Source: an uncultured virus (IMG/VR IMGVR_UViG_2630968701_000001) (lineage: Duplodnaviria > Heunggongvirae > Uroviricota > Caudoviricetes). From it: 20,000 bases of DNA. Shown one piece after another: positions 1-8,557 of the stretch. The notes below the pieces were generated by a model. The model saw only the letters and a program-made list of their open reading frames with translations. It was not told the DNA's origin and made no database searches. The stretch is taken from the IMG/VR virus record IMGVR_UViG_2630968701_000001; one strand, given 5' to 3'. A program made the translations under genes and the position numbers. Each line of letters starts with the position of its first letter. The first letter of the stretch is position 1.

Positions 1-1
1 C

Positions 2-415
2 ATTCGACTTATAATCCGCATTATATAAGATATCATCCAGTATAATAGAGGTAAGGTATTCAATATCCTCTGCATTGTGAATATATTCAAAAATATTACA
101 TTGATCGCTTTGTTCCGGATGATTAAAATCTATAATTTTTGTTAGATACCCTTCTTTTTCTAGTTCCATTTTCGTGGACTCATATAAATAGCGATATGAA
201 TCAAATATGATATAGTTTTGGTTCGCCTGCAATATATTTTTCTGTATAATTTGATCCGCATCATTCATTGTTATTGCCAATACATTATGATTTCTGCATT
301 TTATATTTGCATCATTACAGATAGCTAGATGTTCACTTAAGATAAAGTTGTTTCTTGGATTTTCCTCATCTTTAAATTTTTTGTTAAACTGCTTTCTTTT
401 TAATTGACCTAACAT
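2..415 (-). CDS. VirD4/TraG-like paralog, Walker A degenerate, no TM segment (partial, runs off window start)
   Basis: Not in the ORF track. ATG at 415 with AAGGAG RBS (422-427); open for 138 codons: MLGQLKRKQFNKKFKDEENPRNNFILSEHLAICNDANIKCRNHNVLAITMNDADQIIQKNILQANQNYIIFDSYRYLYESTKMELEKEGYLTKIIDFNHPEQSDQCNIFEYI... Aligns by eye to the adjacent VirD4 (RNNNV/RNHNV, NILQEN/NILQAN, LEKEGY/LEKEGY, NPFSYI/NIFEYI). Confidence 0.85.
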   Translation of the reverse strand, partial: MLGQLKRKQFNKKFKDEENPRNNFILSEHLAICNDANIKCRNHNVLAITMNDADQIIQKNILQANQNYIIFDSYRYLYESTKMELEKEGYLTKIIDFNHPEQSDQCNIFEYIHNAEDIEYLTSIILDDILYNADYKSN

Positions 416-446
416 ATAGTTCTCCTTTTTTTACATATAAGATTTA

Positions 447-474
447 CCTCTCCTACAATTCCTCATAGGAGAGG
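447..474. other. Intergenic stem-loop between virD4 and its paralog
   Basis: CCTCTCCTA-10 nt-TAGGAGAGG perfect 9-bp stem. No U-tract on the minus (coding) strand, so more likely a processing/stability hairpin or a plus-strand terminator. Confidence 0.55.
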
Positions 475-484
475 ATTACTTTTT

Positions 485-2491
485 TTAAACAAAATCCCAA
501 ACTTCTGTTCCATTTTCATCTTTTTCGATGTCGCTTACAGCATTTTCTTTTACAGTATTAGGAGTTGCATCTACAATCTCTGATTTTGCATCACCTAACA
601 TATCATGGACCTCTTTTGCCGTTTTAGGAGATCCTATTGGCTTCTTAGAAGGGTCTTCTAATCCTTCTGCATAAGCAGCACTCTTTTCTGCTGCCTTTTC
701 CATATCAATGGAACGATATTTTGCATGATCCATTTCTTTAGAATTGTCAAATGTGATAACATATCGATTTTCTTTTTTTGCATCACCAGTATATTTATAA
801 TTTGGATGCTTTGTATAATCATATTTGTGACCTTTAAAAGGCTGCAATCCACGAACCATGACAATACAGTCGGAGTTATCCATTTTCTGTATTTCCGCTG
901 GATCCATTAACTTACGAGCAGACCGATTGAATGATAAACTGGAACTTCCCTTTGCTCCTCTGCTATGGCTCATGTTACGGATAACGATCGTTGCATCTCC
1001 AAGATCATCACTTACCTGTTTATTTGTCTCAGAGTCTTTTCCTCCAAGGAATATGGTTGTATCACAGTTACCTATGATTCCGGAGAAATCATCTTGATAC
1101 ATTCCTTTCAGCTGAGATATACTTTGCAGGATAATGGTACAGCTGATCTCATATTTACGCATTGTCGCTAACTTTTGAGGAAACTGGGGGATTTTTCCAA
1201 TATTTGCAAATTCGTCCAGTATAAATCTTACATGATGTGTTAATCTTTTTCCGTCACATTCGTTTTCTGCATGGAAATATAATGTTTCAAATAACTGAGA
1301 ATACATTAAACTTACCAAGAAATTGAAAGTGTCATCTGCTGTTGGAATAATAACAAATAATGCTGTTTTTTCATCCCCGATTTTTCCTAATTCCAGATCA
1401 TCTTTTCGTGTAAGATTTTCCACTGCTTCAATGTTGAATGCTGATAAACGAACTGCTGCAGAAATCAAGATACTTTTCGCTGTCTTTGCTCCTGCTGTCT
1501 TAAATACTTTCCATTGTTTTACAGCGATATGATTTGGATCTTTTTTCTCCAAACTTTCAAAGATGATATCTAAACTAGATTGTGCATTTGGATCCATTTC
1601 ATTGATCTGAGCAGATCGAAGCATTTTCATAACTGAAGCGAAATTCTGTTCTTTCTTCGGACGCTCTGATACAAGATAATAAATCAACGCCATTAATAAT
1701 GCTGTTTCTGATTTTTCCCAGAATGGATCTCCACCTTTTCCTTTATCTTGATTTGTGTTTTGGATCAGACAGTTGACCAAAGACATAACACCTGCTTCAT
1801 CTCTGATATAAGAAAATGGATTATAACAGTGTGATTTTTCCATCTGAACAAGATTAAAGACTTTGACTTTGTAACCTTCTTTTTCCAAAAACTTACCAGT
1901 GCTTTCCAGAATTTCTCCAGATGGGTCAGTAACTACAAAGCTACAGTTTTCCTGTAAAATGTTTGGTTTTACAACAAATCGTGATTTACCTGTACCAGAA
2001 CCACCAAAAATGATCACATTGTTATTTCTTAGGGTTTTTCTTGTATCCATGCTTAGAAAAACATCTTGATTCATGATCATGTTCATATCGATCTTCTTTT
2101 TTGTGTCATCGTCTTTTTTCTTTGTTTTTTTAGGATAATAGCGATATTTATTATTGTATTTCTGAAAATCGGTATTCCATTTTGATGATCCGTTTGTCTT
2201 GCTAGAATCAAAATGGCGGTTTCGTTCTTCATTTACATAAGCCGCTGCAATCGCAATTACAAAGAGAAATGTCAAACTTCCTAAATACTGAAAGCTGTTT
2301 GATGTAATTGGGAAGATGTCCAAAGGTTTTGATGTTAAGCGATCCAATGCTAGTTGAAAAATCGTAAGGATGTTATCATCTGGAACTTTTGGAGACACGA
2401 TACTCATGTGGACACTTAATAAAAAGATTGCTAAATACGCAACAATTCCGGCACAGATGTAAAAAGATCTGTCACTTTTTTTTGCGTTCAA
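485..2491 (-). CDS. virD4: Type IV coupling protein, VirD4/TraG family
   Basis: Two N-terminal hydrophobic helices, Walker A GGSGTGKS, DPSGE, DPFWE, Walker B FILDEFANIG, LQSISQL, GNCD. TTG start with AAAGGAG RBS at 2501-2507. Confidence 0.95.
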   Translation of the reverse strand: MNAKKSDRSFYICAGIVAYLAIFLLSVHMSIVSPKVPDDNILTIFQLALDRLTSKPLDIFPITSNSFQYLGSLTFLFVIAIAAAYVNEERNRHFDSSKTNGSSKWNTDFQKYNNKYRYYPKKTKKKDDDTKKKIDMNMIMNQDVFLSMDTRKTLRNNNVIIFGGSGTGKSRFVVKPNILQENCSFVVTDPSGEILESTGKFLEKEGYKVKVFNLVQMEKSHCYNPFSYIRDEAGVMSLVNCLIQNTNQDKGKGGDPFWEKSETALLMALIYYLVSERPKKEQNFASVMKMLRSAQINEMDPNAQSSLDIIFESLEKKDPNHIAVKQWKVFKTAGAKTAKSILISAAVRLSAFNIEAVENLTRKDDLELGKIGDEKTALFVIIPTADDTFNFLVSLMYSQLFETLYFHAENECDGKRLTHHVRFILDEFANIGKIPQFPQKLATMRKYEISCTIILQSISQLKGMYQDDFSGIIGNCDTTIFLGGKDSETNKQVSDDLGDATIVIRNMSHSRGAKGSSSLSFNRSARKLMDPAEIQKMDNSDCIVMVRGLQPFKGHKYDYTKHPNYKYTGDAKKENRYVITFDNSKEMDHAKYRSIDMEKAAEKSAAYAEGLEDPSKKPIGSPKTAKEVHDMLGDAKSEIVDATPNTVKENAVSDIEKDENGTEVWDFV

Positions 2492-2538
2492 ACTTCCACG
2501 CTCCTTTCTTCATATTTCTGAGAATGCCTTCTCATTTC

Positions 2539-2571
2539 AAATATGATGTTTTTGAAAGAAAAAAATGGAGC
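2539..2571 (-). promoter_or_regulatory. TCATATTT promoter-like motif upstream of virD4 (class B, CTCCATTTTTT upstream box)
   Basis: AAATATGA at 2539-2546 on +, with ATGGAG 26 nt further on; one of 11 co-oriented copies. Confidence 0.6.
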
Positions 2572-2658
2572 TGAAAGCTTCCAAAAAATATAAACAATTT
2601 TTTTGAAAACGCCCATTTTATGCGGACTCCAACGCTATATACACTGTATTTTACGTAC

Positions 2659-2686
2659 AAAAAAATAGGCCCATATGGACCTATTT
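2659..2686 (-). terminator. Intrinsic terminator after the PcfB-like gene
   Basis: Minus strand AAATAGGTCC-ATAT-GGGCCTATTT followed by a U-tract. Confidence 0.75.
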
Positions 2687-2692
2687 CTTGCA

Positions 2693-4090
2693 TTATCTGA
2701 ATAATTCTTCTTCGATTGACTTTGTAACTTCATGATCAATCTGTTGAGCCTGTGCATTTTTAAGTAATTCATCTAAAGAATTCATTACCATTTCTCTGTC
2801 TGGATAATACTGTTCCGGCTCTGCAAGATCTTTGTAAGTTGCTAAGATGGATTCTCCATATTCCCTAAGCTGTTCACGTTCACTTTCTTTTAAACTTTCT
2901 AAGTTGAATCGTTTTTCATTGTCTTGAACATCTTGATCAATTTCTTCCTCATGTGTGCGGTTTACAATCTCATGAGCAAAAAATTCATGAATTCCAACTT
3001 CCCCATTGTAAAAGCTAGATACATTTTCAATCTGATCCCCATTATCAAGAGACATTTTTTGTTCGATCAGCATTCTTAGATCTCGTTCTTTTTGAGCCAT
3101 TTGACGATCTTCATAAGAACTATAACGATAAGATTCCTGTTTTTCTCTGATCAATGTTTTTCTTTTTTCAGGATCATTTCTTGTTTCTTCCCATTCTTTT
3201 TTAGGGATGATGATCGGATTTTTCATCGTAGCGATCTCTCGATACAACTGGCGCTCTAATTCTTTTCCTTTTCCTTCAAAATGTCTTAAAACACGTTTGC
3301 GATTCGGAGCTTCGCTTAAATGTTCAAATTCCTGATCCTGTACATGAATGTTTCGATGGATATTATTGGGGGATACGATATAAAAATCCCGTTCTTCTCC
3401 AACCTTTAATGGACGACTGGATTCTTTTAGAATGTGACGCATATTATCAAGAGAACGCTCCATTTCATTGACATATCGTTCCCCAGTCTTTCCAAGTTCC
3501 ATTGTCCTTATATGACTGTAAGCATCGCGCACCTTGTCTCGGTCTTTTTCTTTAAAATAAATATCATAAGTTTTAGAATCCTCATGATATTGAGAAGATA
3601 TTGTAAATCCTCTGTTCTTTGCTTCTTCGAGTATTCCTTTTTTCTGAATCTCATCTAATCCTTTATAGGAATATAGTGGGCGGCCATCTTCATTTTGCAG
3701 ATTGTCTTTTGCCATAACTCCAAAATTCACTTCATTGATCACTCGCCCTCGTTCCATTGTCTTTTCAATTGCGTAATTCACAAGTGCCAGATCATCTTTT
3801 CTTACGATAAAAAAGTTTAGATCTTTATCAGGAATTGTATTTTGAATATTAGGGATTCCTAATTTTTCAAACTCTTGTTTCAGATCATTGATCGCAATAT
3901 CTTTCACAGGAACCATATAAACATCATCTGATTTATTGGCATATGCCTCATACAAGCTTTTGATGACTTCATATTCTTTTGCATCTTTTGAATGTTCTTC
4001 CAGATACTTTAAGAATTCTGCAGTGTCAGCAAATAAAGCATTTGCAAAACGGATAGTATAATTTAACGTTTGTTCTGCTACTCTACTCAT
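2693..4090 (-). CDS. Hypothetical protein, PcfB/DUF3801-like conjugation accessory protein (465 aa)
   Basis: Start moved to ATG 4090 (MSRVAEQ), which has a strong AAGGAGG RBS. Two PcfB-like segments (..LKQEFEKLGIP..FFIVRKDDLALVNYAIE; ..EEAKNRGFTIS..YDIYFKEKDRDKVRDAY). Position directly upstream of virD4 matches pcfB-pcfC. Family call is tentative. Confidence 0.55.
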   Translation of the reverse strand: MSRVAEQTLNYTIRFANALFADTAEFLKYLEEHSKDAKEYEVIKSLYEAYANKSDDVYMVPVKDIAINDLKQEFEKLGIPNIQNTIPDKDLNFFIVRKDDLALVNYAIEKTMERGRVINEVNFGVMAKDNLQNEDGRPLYSYKGLDEIQKKGILEEAKNRGFTISSQYHEDSKTYDIYFKEKDRDKVRDAYSHIRTMELGKTGERYVNEMERSLDNMRHILKESSRPLKVGEERDFYIVSPNNIHRNIHVQDQEFEHLSEAPNRKRVLRHFEGKGKELERQLYREIATMKNPIIIPKKEWEETRNDPEKRKTLIREKQESYRYSSYEDRQMAQKERDLRMLIEQKMSLDNGDQIENVSSFYNGEVGIHEFFAHEIVNRTHEEEIDQDVQDNEKRFNLESLKESEREQLREYGESILATYKDLAEPEQYYPDREMVMNSLDELLKNAQAQQIDHEVTKSIEEELFR

Positions 4091-4116
4091 AATTTTCCTC
4101 CTTTTTATTTCTACTT

Positions 4117-4213
4117 TAAGTATGCGAGATTTAAAAAAAAATAACGTTATACACTTTGTATAAAAATAATGTTGCAAATCACAACTTTTTCCCTTCAAAA
4201 ATCTCATATTTAA
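4117..4213. promoter_or_regulatory. Divergent promoter region with back-to-back motif copies and a central palindrome
   Basis: Minus copy AAATCTCGCATACTTA (4117-4132), plus copy AAATCTCATATTTAA (4199-4213), inverted repeat TTATACA-ctt-TGTATAA (4147-4163). Confidence 0.65.
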
Positions 4214-4251
4214 TGTAGAGTTATTTTTTAAATTAATAAGGGAGAAAAATT

Positions 4252-4917
4252 ATGTATAGCAGAGAATTAATTTTTGAATACGAAAATGTATTAACTGAGA
4301 ACAAACCATCTGTAAACCCATTTCTTTTTAATCGCGGTGACTATGAAAATGAACGAAAAGCGTTATATATCATGAGATATGCGATTCAAACATATCTGAG
4401 ATGGAATCCATATGAAGTAAGAGATCATATGACGCATCGTATTTTAAAAATGTTGAAATTAGAAGCATTACTAAAATACATTACGTTTCCAAGCGTAATT
4501 CAGATTGAAGAAGACCGTGACCTATTTTATCTGGCCGTAAAGTTGTATCCAAAACAAATAAAATATAATGAAAAAGATCTGATCCTCAGAGTCTATAAAC
4601 GCGTTTTAAAAGGCGATATGAAACGATTTCCAAAACAATTTCTTGCAGGAGCAGATGGATTATATCGTGCCAAATTATGTTTTCATTATATGATCACACA
4701 ATATCTTACGTTTACAAGTATTGAAGATATGTATCGATTTTTCTCATCACGCGGAGGTGCTGTTGCTTTGAGAAAATATCGATTATCTCAGGTTTGCAAA
4801 GATCTGTTTGAATATAATGTTGATTTTCTGCATGAATCATTATCTGAAGATCAAAAAGATGAACTACTGTATCATTATTACAGATTTTCGAATATTTACA
4901 AAAAGGGAATCCGGTGA
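4252..4917 (+). CDS. Hypothetical protein, DUF4046-like
   Basis: 221 aa with GGGAG RBS. Two internal repeats; the second (VYKRVLKGDMKRFPKQF..AKLCFHYMITQYL) resembles the DUF4046 pattern from memory. Confidence 0.55.
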   Translation: MYSRELIFEYENVLTENKPSVNPFLFNRGDYENERKALYIMRYAIQTYLRWNPYEVRDHMTHRILKMLKLEALLKYITFPSVIQIEEDRDLFYLAVKLYPKQIKYNEKDLILRVYKRVLKGDMKRFPKQFLAGADGLYRAKLCFHYMITQYLTFTSIEDMYRFFSSRGGAVALRKYRLSQVCKDLFEYNVDFLHESLSEDQKDELLYHYYRFSNIYKKGIR

Positions 4918-4930
4918 GGTCCCCTTTTTT
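4900..4930. terminator. Probable bidirectional terminator between convergent genes
   Basis: AAAAAGGGAA...TCCCCTTTTTT inverted repeat with flanking A/T tracts, overlapping the stop of 4252..4917. Confidence 0.6.
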
Positions 4931-4931
4931 C

Positions 4932-5189
4932 TTATCCTTCTTTTTCCAAATTTTCCTCATCTACAAAATTCAGATTTTTCTTTAAGATTTCATTGATATG
5001 TTTTTTCACTTCCTGTTCTTTCACGGTTTTAAATTCCCCATGTTCCATCAAACAGATCAAAAATTCAATTCCATATTCTTCATTTAACATTCTTTCAAAA
5101 TCATCTAATTTATCGATCTGTATCATATCATAAGCGTATTCTTTTCCTCTTTCTACGATTTTGTCATATGCTTCAAATGTAATGTTCAT
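4932..5189 (-). CDS. Small acidic hypothetical protein (85 aa)
   Basis: ATG at 5189 (MNITFEAY) with GAAAGGA RBS, directly downstream of the helicase gene. Confidence 0.7.
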   Translation of the reverse strand: MNITFEAYDKIVERGKEYAYDMIQIDKLDDFERMLNEEYGIEFLICLMEHGEFKTVKEQEVKKHINEILKKNLNFVDEENLEKEG

Positions 5190-5205
5190 AATTCTGTTTT
5201 CCTTT

Positions 5206-7338
5206 CTAAGCAAATTGCTTTTTTAATTTTTCTGCTAATCCAGTAATCCGTTTTTGTTTATAAATATTAAGGATCGCTGTATACCAAGAATGATTTTGAC
5301 TGTAGATCGTTACATCTTCTTTAAAACGTGATACAGCAGTTAAAAATAAATTTCTACTCAACATGACAGATGGTGCTGCTGGCATGATAATACTTCCACT
5401 TTTATACTCCGACCCTTGTGATTTATGAATTGTGATCGCATAAGATAGCTGTACATCATCCAGATTTGATGCAGTGATCTCCAAAATTTCTTTTTTTCCT
5501 TCCAGCTCGATCGTTAATGTTTCATTCTCAATTTTTCGAACGATTCCCATATCCCCATTGAAATAATCAAGATCATAGTTGTTATGGATCATCATGATCT
5601 GATCATTTACATGAAATATCTGATGCTTGTATTCGATAACTTCGTGTGAATCGTAATTTAAAGAATGCTGAAAGTCATGATTGATCCTTTGTGTTCCATA
5701 ATCATTCTTTTTTACCATTGATATGATCTGAGATCCCTTTTGACAGTATTCTTTGATCATAAATTTTACTGCATGATCAAAGCTTTCTGTTGTTGGGATA
5801 TTATAAATTTTAAAATGTTCATCATGCACAAGATCTGTCTGCCCCTTTCGGATCTTTTGAATATTCTGTGAGATAGAGGATTCTTCTTTTTGTCGAAATA
5901 CATGATCAAGAACATACGTTTCAAAAAGATCGCTTTCTTTAATATCATGTAATAAATTTCCTGCACCTACACTTGGCAACTGATCCTCATCTCCGCATAA
6001 GATAACAGTGCATCCTGATCTTACTGCTGATAACAGATCAGAAAAAATGAAAACATCTACCATAGAAAACTCATCAATGATAATGATATCTGCTTCGATC
6101 GGATCAGACTGATTTTTACACACCTTTTCACCAGCAATGATCTTATAATCGATCAATTTATGAATCGTCTGTGCTGGTCTTCCTGTAATTTCCGTAATAC
6201 GCTGCGCAGCACGTCCGGTAGGGGCGCATAAAGAAACTTTTAATTCATGTTCGGAAGTCTGATAATATTCCAGTAAACGTTTGATCGTTGTTGATTTCCC
6301 TGTCCCTGGGCCACCGATCAATAATTTTACTCCAGAACGTAAAACCATATTTTCTGCTCTTTTTTGTGATTCTGATGGTATAAATTCACTTGGAAGATCA
6401 GGAATTTTCTGAAACATCTGTTTACTCGTTTGATCTAAACGCTTCATATGAAAGACAATATTGCTTTCTGCATCCCAGGTTTTTTTCTGATAAACATATT
6501 CATGATCTACCTTGATTCCCTTCATTTCCTGTACTATGAGCCAGATGGTCAGATATGGAATCGTGCATTCATAAATAGATTTTTCGGATAATCGGTTGAT
6601 CTGTTCGATAAGTTCTTTTGCATGCATTTTTGTGTTTCCATGGTCTTCATTTCGTCTTAACACTTCATAAATCAAAGCTTCTACTCTTATTTTCTCATAT
6701 GCAATGATCCCTGTTTTTTTAGCCAAAGCTTCACAGATCTCAAACGGAAGATCGATCTCATAACCCACACGATAGGGAGATTCTTTTAATTTATCAATTC
6801 CTGAAAATCCATATTTATCAATGAGTTTTTCAGCGCAGATCAGATCTGCATGTAATCTTGCAATAAAGAAATAGGTTTTTCTTACCATTTGCGTTTTCTG
6901 TGCTGTTTCGATCAAAATCTTTATTTTATCGTCATTCAACTTTGGTATTTTTTTGCTTTTAATCTCGTTAAATGCATTATCTCTACACAAAACATTATTT
7001 AATGTCCCTGGAAAGGCATCATATAGTGCTTTTGCTGTAACTTCTCCAATTCCTTTAAAATAATCAGAGCATAAATAAGAGATCAACGCATTTCGATCGT
7101 CAAATGTTTCTGTAATGGATTGAACAAGAATATATGGTCCCATACGAGATTGCATAACTTCTCCTTTAATCTCCACAGGCGTTTGTTTCATGATCGGATG
7201 CATACTCGCATAACATGTCACGTCTCCATATTTATTTACATATTCCACAGTTTCTGTTGGTTTTATTGCAAATAATGTCTTTCCATTTTCAAAATTTCTT
7301 CGTATTGTTTTATGATAAATCCCATGAAATGTGATCAT
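5206..7338 (-). CDS. recD2: RecD2-like SF1B ATP-dependent DNA helicase (710 aa)
   Basis: HhH-like FKGIGEVTA, Walker A GGPGTGKST, APTGRAA, IIIDEFSMVD, GDEDQLPSVGAG, YAITIHKSQGSEY. Start moved to ATG 7338 (MITFHG, AGGAG RBS) because the longer ORF crosses a promoter motif and a terminator. Confidence 0.92.
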   Translation of the reverse strand: MITFHGIYHKTIRRNFENGKTLFAIKPTETVEYVNKYGDVTCYASMHPIMKQTPVEIKGEVMQSRMGPYILVQSITETFDDRNALISYLCSDYFKGIGEVTAKALYDAFPGTLNNVLCRDNAFNEIKSKKIPKLNDDKIKILIETAQKTQMVRKTYFFIARLHADLICAEKLIDKYGFSGIDKLKESPYRVGYEIDLPFEICEALAKKTGIIAYEKIRVEALIYEVLRRNEDHGNTKMHAKELIEQINRLSEKSIYECTIPYLTIWLIVQEMKGIKVDHEYVYQKKTWDAESNIVFHMKRLDQTSKQMFQKIPDLPSEFIPSESQKRAENMVLRSGVKLLIGGPGTGKSTTIKRLLEYYQTSEHELKVSLCAPTGRAAQRITEITGRPAQTIHKLIDYKIIAGEKVCKNQSDPIEADIIIIDEFSMVDVFIFSDLLSAVRSGCTVILCGDEDQLPSVGAGNLLHDIKESDLFETYVLDHVFRQKEESSISQNIQKIRKGQTDLVHDEHFKIYNIPTTESFDHAVKFMIKEYCQKGSQIISMVKKNDYGTQRINHDFQHSLNYDSHEVIEYKHQIFHVNDQIMMIHNNYDLDYFNGDMGIVRKIENETLTIELEGKKEILEITASNLDDVQLSYAITIHKSQGSEYKSGSIIMPAAPSVMLSRNLFLTAVSRFKEDVTIYSQNHSWYTAILNIYKQKRITGLAEKLKKQFA

Positions 7339-7370
7339 ATTATCTCTCCTATCTTTCTCTGTTCTAATAC

Positions 7371-7415
7371 AAATATGAGAGAAAAAACAAAAATAAATTT
7401 TCACATATAAAAAAA
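7371..7415 (-). promoter_or_regulatory. TCATATTT motif with upstream TTATATGTG box (class A) before recD2
   Basis: AAATATGA at 7371 and CACATATAA at 7402 (offset 31). Confidence 0.7.
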
Positions 7416-7441
7416 CTGACTCGAAAGAGAGCCAGCTTTTT
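7409..7441 (-). terminator. Probable terminator after the parM-parR-orf99 operon
   Basis: Imperfect CTGGCTC/GAGTCAG stem on the minus strand followed by a T7 tract. Confidence 0.6.
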
Positions 7442-7444
7442 ACG

Positions 7445-7744
7445 TTATAATTCCATTGTTGGAAAAGAGTTGAAGATATCTTCTTCTTTGTATGGAGTTG
7501 TTGTAAATCCATTGATAATGTTCACATAATCAGCAAAACGATTATTTTTTAAATTCTGCTGTTTTTGTCCAGGGCTTAGATATTCTGTTTGATAAACAGT
7601 TTCTTTTTCGTTGTTTTTCACGCAAAATGTTAAAAAACATGGAATATCCAGATTATTGCATATTCTTTTGATCTCTTCTACCTTTTCTTTTAAATTTTTA
7701 TTGTATTCTTTTGTTTTATTAAATTCTGTAATCACATGATTCAC
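7445..7744 (-). CDS. Hypothetical protein (99 aa), third gene of the partition operon
   Basis: GTG start with GAAAGG just upstream, 8 nt after the stop of the ParR-like gene. Confidence 0.7.
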   Translation of the reverse strand: MNHVITEFNKTKEYNKNLKEKVEEIKRICNNLDIPCFLTFCVKNNEKETVYQTEYLSPGQKQQNLKNNRFADYVNIINGFTTTPYKEEDIFNSFPTMEL

Positions 7745-7752
7745 CCTTTCTG

Positions 7753-8541
7753 TTAAAAGCCTTGCATCATTTTTCCTGCAATGGCAAAGATACTGTCATT
7801 TTCATCTTCATCGTATGAATCATCGATATCAACTGTCTCATTACTTATTTCATTATCCTGAGGTTCTGTAAATTCTGGTTCTTTTTGAATTTCGTCAATC
7901 TCCTCTGGTTCATTTACTTTGGTTTCCTGATCTTTTGTGTTTGAAATTGGAATTGTTATTTTTCCCTTTATATTAGAATTCGATGTTTTATCTTTATATT
8001 CTTCTTTTATCTCTTCTGAATGATCATATTCGCTATTTTTAGCTTCATCATCAAGTCTGTCATTAACTTCTCTTTTTTCTTGTTCTTCCTTATTGACTTC
8101 TTGGATTTTATTCTCTTTTTTATCATCAACAATAATATCCTGGTCCTTTTTATCGTCATTAGCGGCCGCTTCGGCACTTTTATGATTTAAAATTAACATC
8201 TCATCTGCCCGATGAACATTCATTGTATAATAATAATAAATCCCACATAAAGAATTTCGAAACATATTCTTTAAAATGCTGTTTTTATAGCCAGCTTTTA
8301 TATTCCGAATCCACATGATCACATCTTGATCCTCTTTAGGATGAAAATTTAGTTGAAACTGAATTGTTTCATAACTAAATGTATCATCCTGAGGTTCTGG
8401 AATCTGTATTTTTTGTGGAGTTCCACGAATGTAATTACGAACAGCACTTTTAAAGGATTCTTTAAATTTAAATTCCGAATTGTGATATAACGACAATAGA
8501 TCGATGTCATATCGTTTGTAAAGACGTATCGTTACTCGCAT
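7753..8541 (-). CDS. Candidate ParR-like centromere-binding adaptor (tandem RHH-like domains plus acidic tail)
   Basis: Directly downstream of the actin-like ATPase. Two beta-helix-helix-like units, a long D/E/K-rich linker and a C-terminal amphipathic helix (SIFAIAGKMMQGF). Confidence 0.6.
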   Translation of the reverse strand: MRVTIRLYKRYDIDLLSLYHNSEFKFKESFKSAVRNYIRGTPQKIQIPEPQDDTFSYETIQFQLNFHPKEDQDVIMWIRNIKAGYKNSILKNMFRNSLCGIYYYYTMNVHRADEMLILNHKSAEAAANDDKKDQDIIVDDKKENKIQEVNKEEQEKREVNDRLDDEAKNSEYDHSEEIKEEYKDKTSNSNIKGKITIPISNTKDQETKVNEPEEIDEIQKEPEFTEPQDNEISNETVDIDDSYDEDENDSIFAIAGKMMQGF

Positions 8542-8557
8542 ATCAGATCACCATCCT

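Noticed and set aside
203..210. AAATATGA copy inside the VirD4-paralog ORF
   Set aside because: Intragenic and without flanking boxes; a few chance hits of this AT-rich 8-mer are expected, so it was not counted in the regulon
2567..2660. Possible oriT (hairpin GGAGCT-gaa-AGCTTCC and a GC-richer patch)
   Set aside because: No recognisable nic consensus and no relaxase in the window
5910..5921. Near LexA box GAACATACGTTT
   Set aside because: Imperfect and in the middle of recD2, with no associated promoter
7339..7512. N-terminal extensions of the ORF-track calls (starts at 4207, 5213, 7512, 10520, 12590, 17291)
   Set aside because: They run through promoter motifs, terminators or neighbouring genes; downstream ATGs have better RBSs or match domain starts
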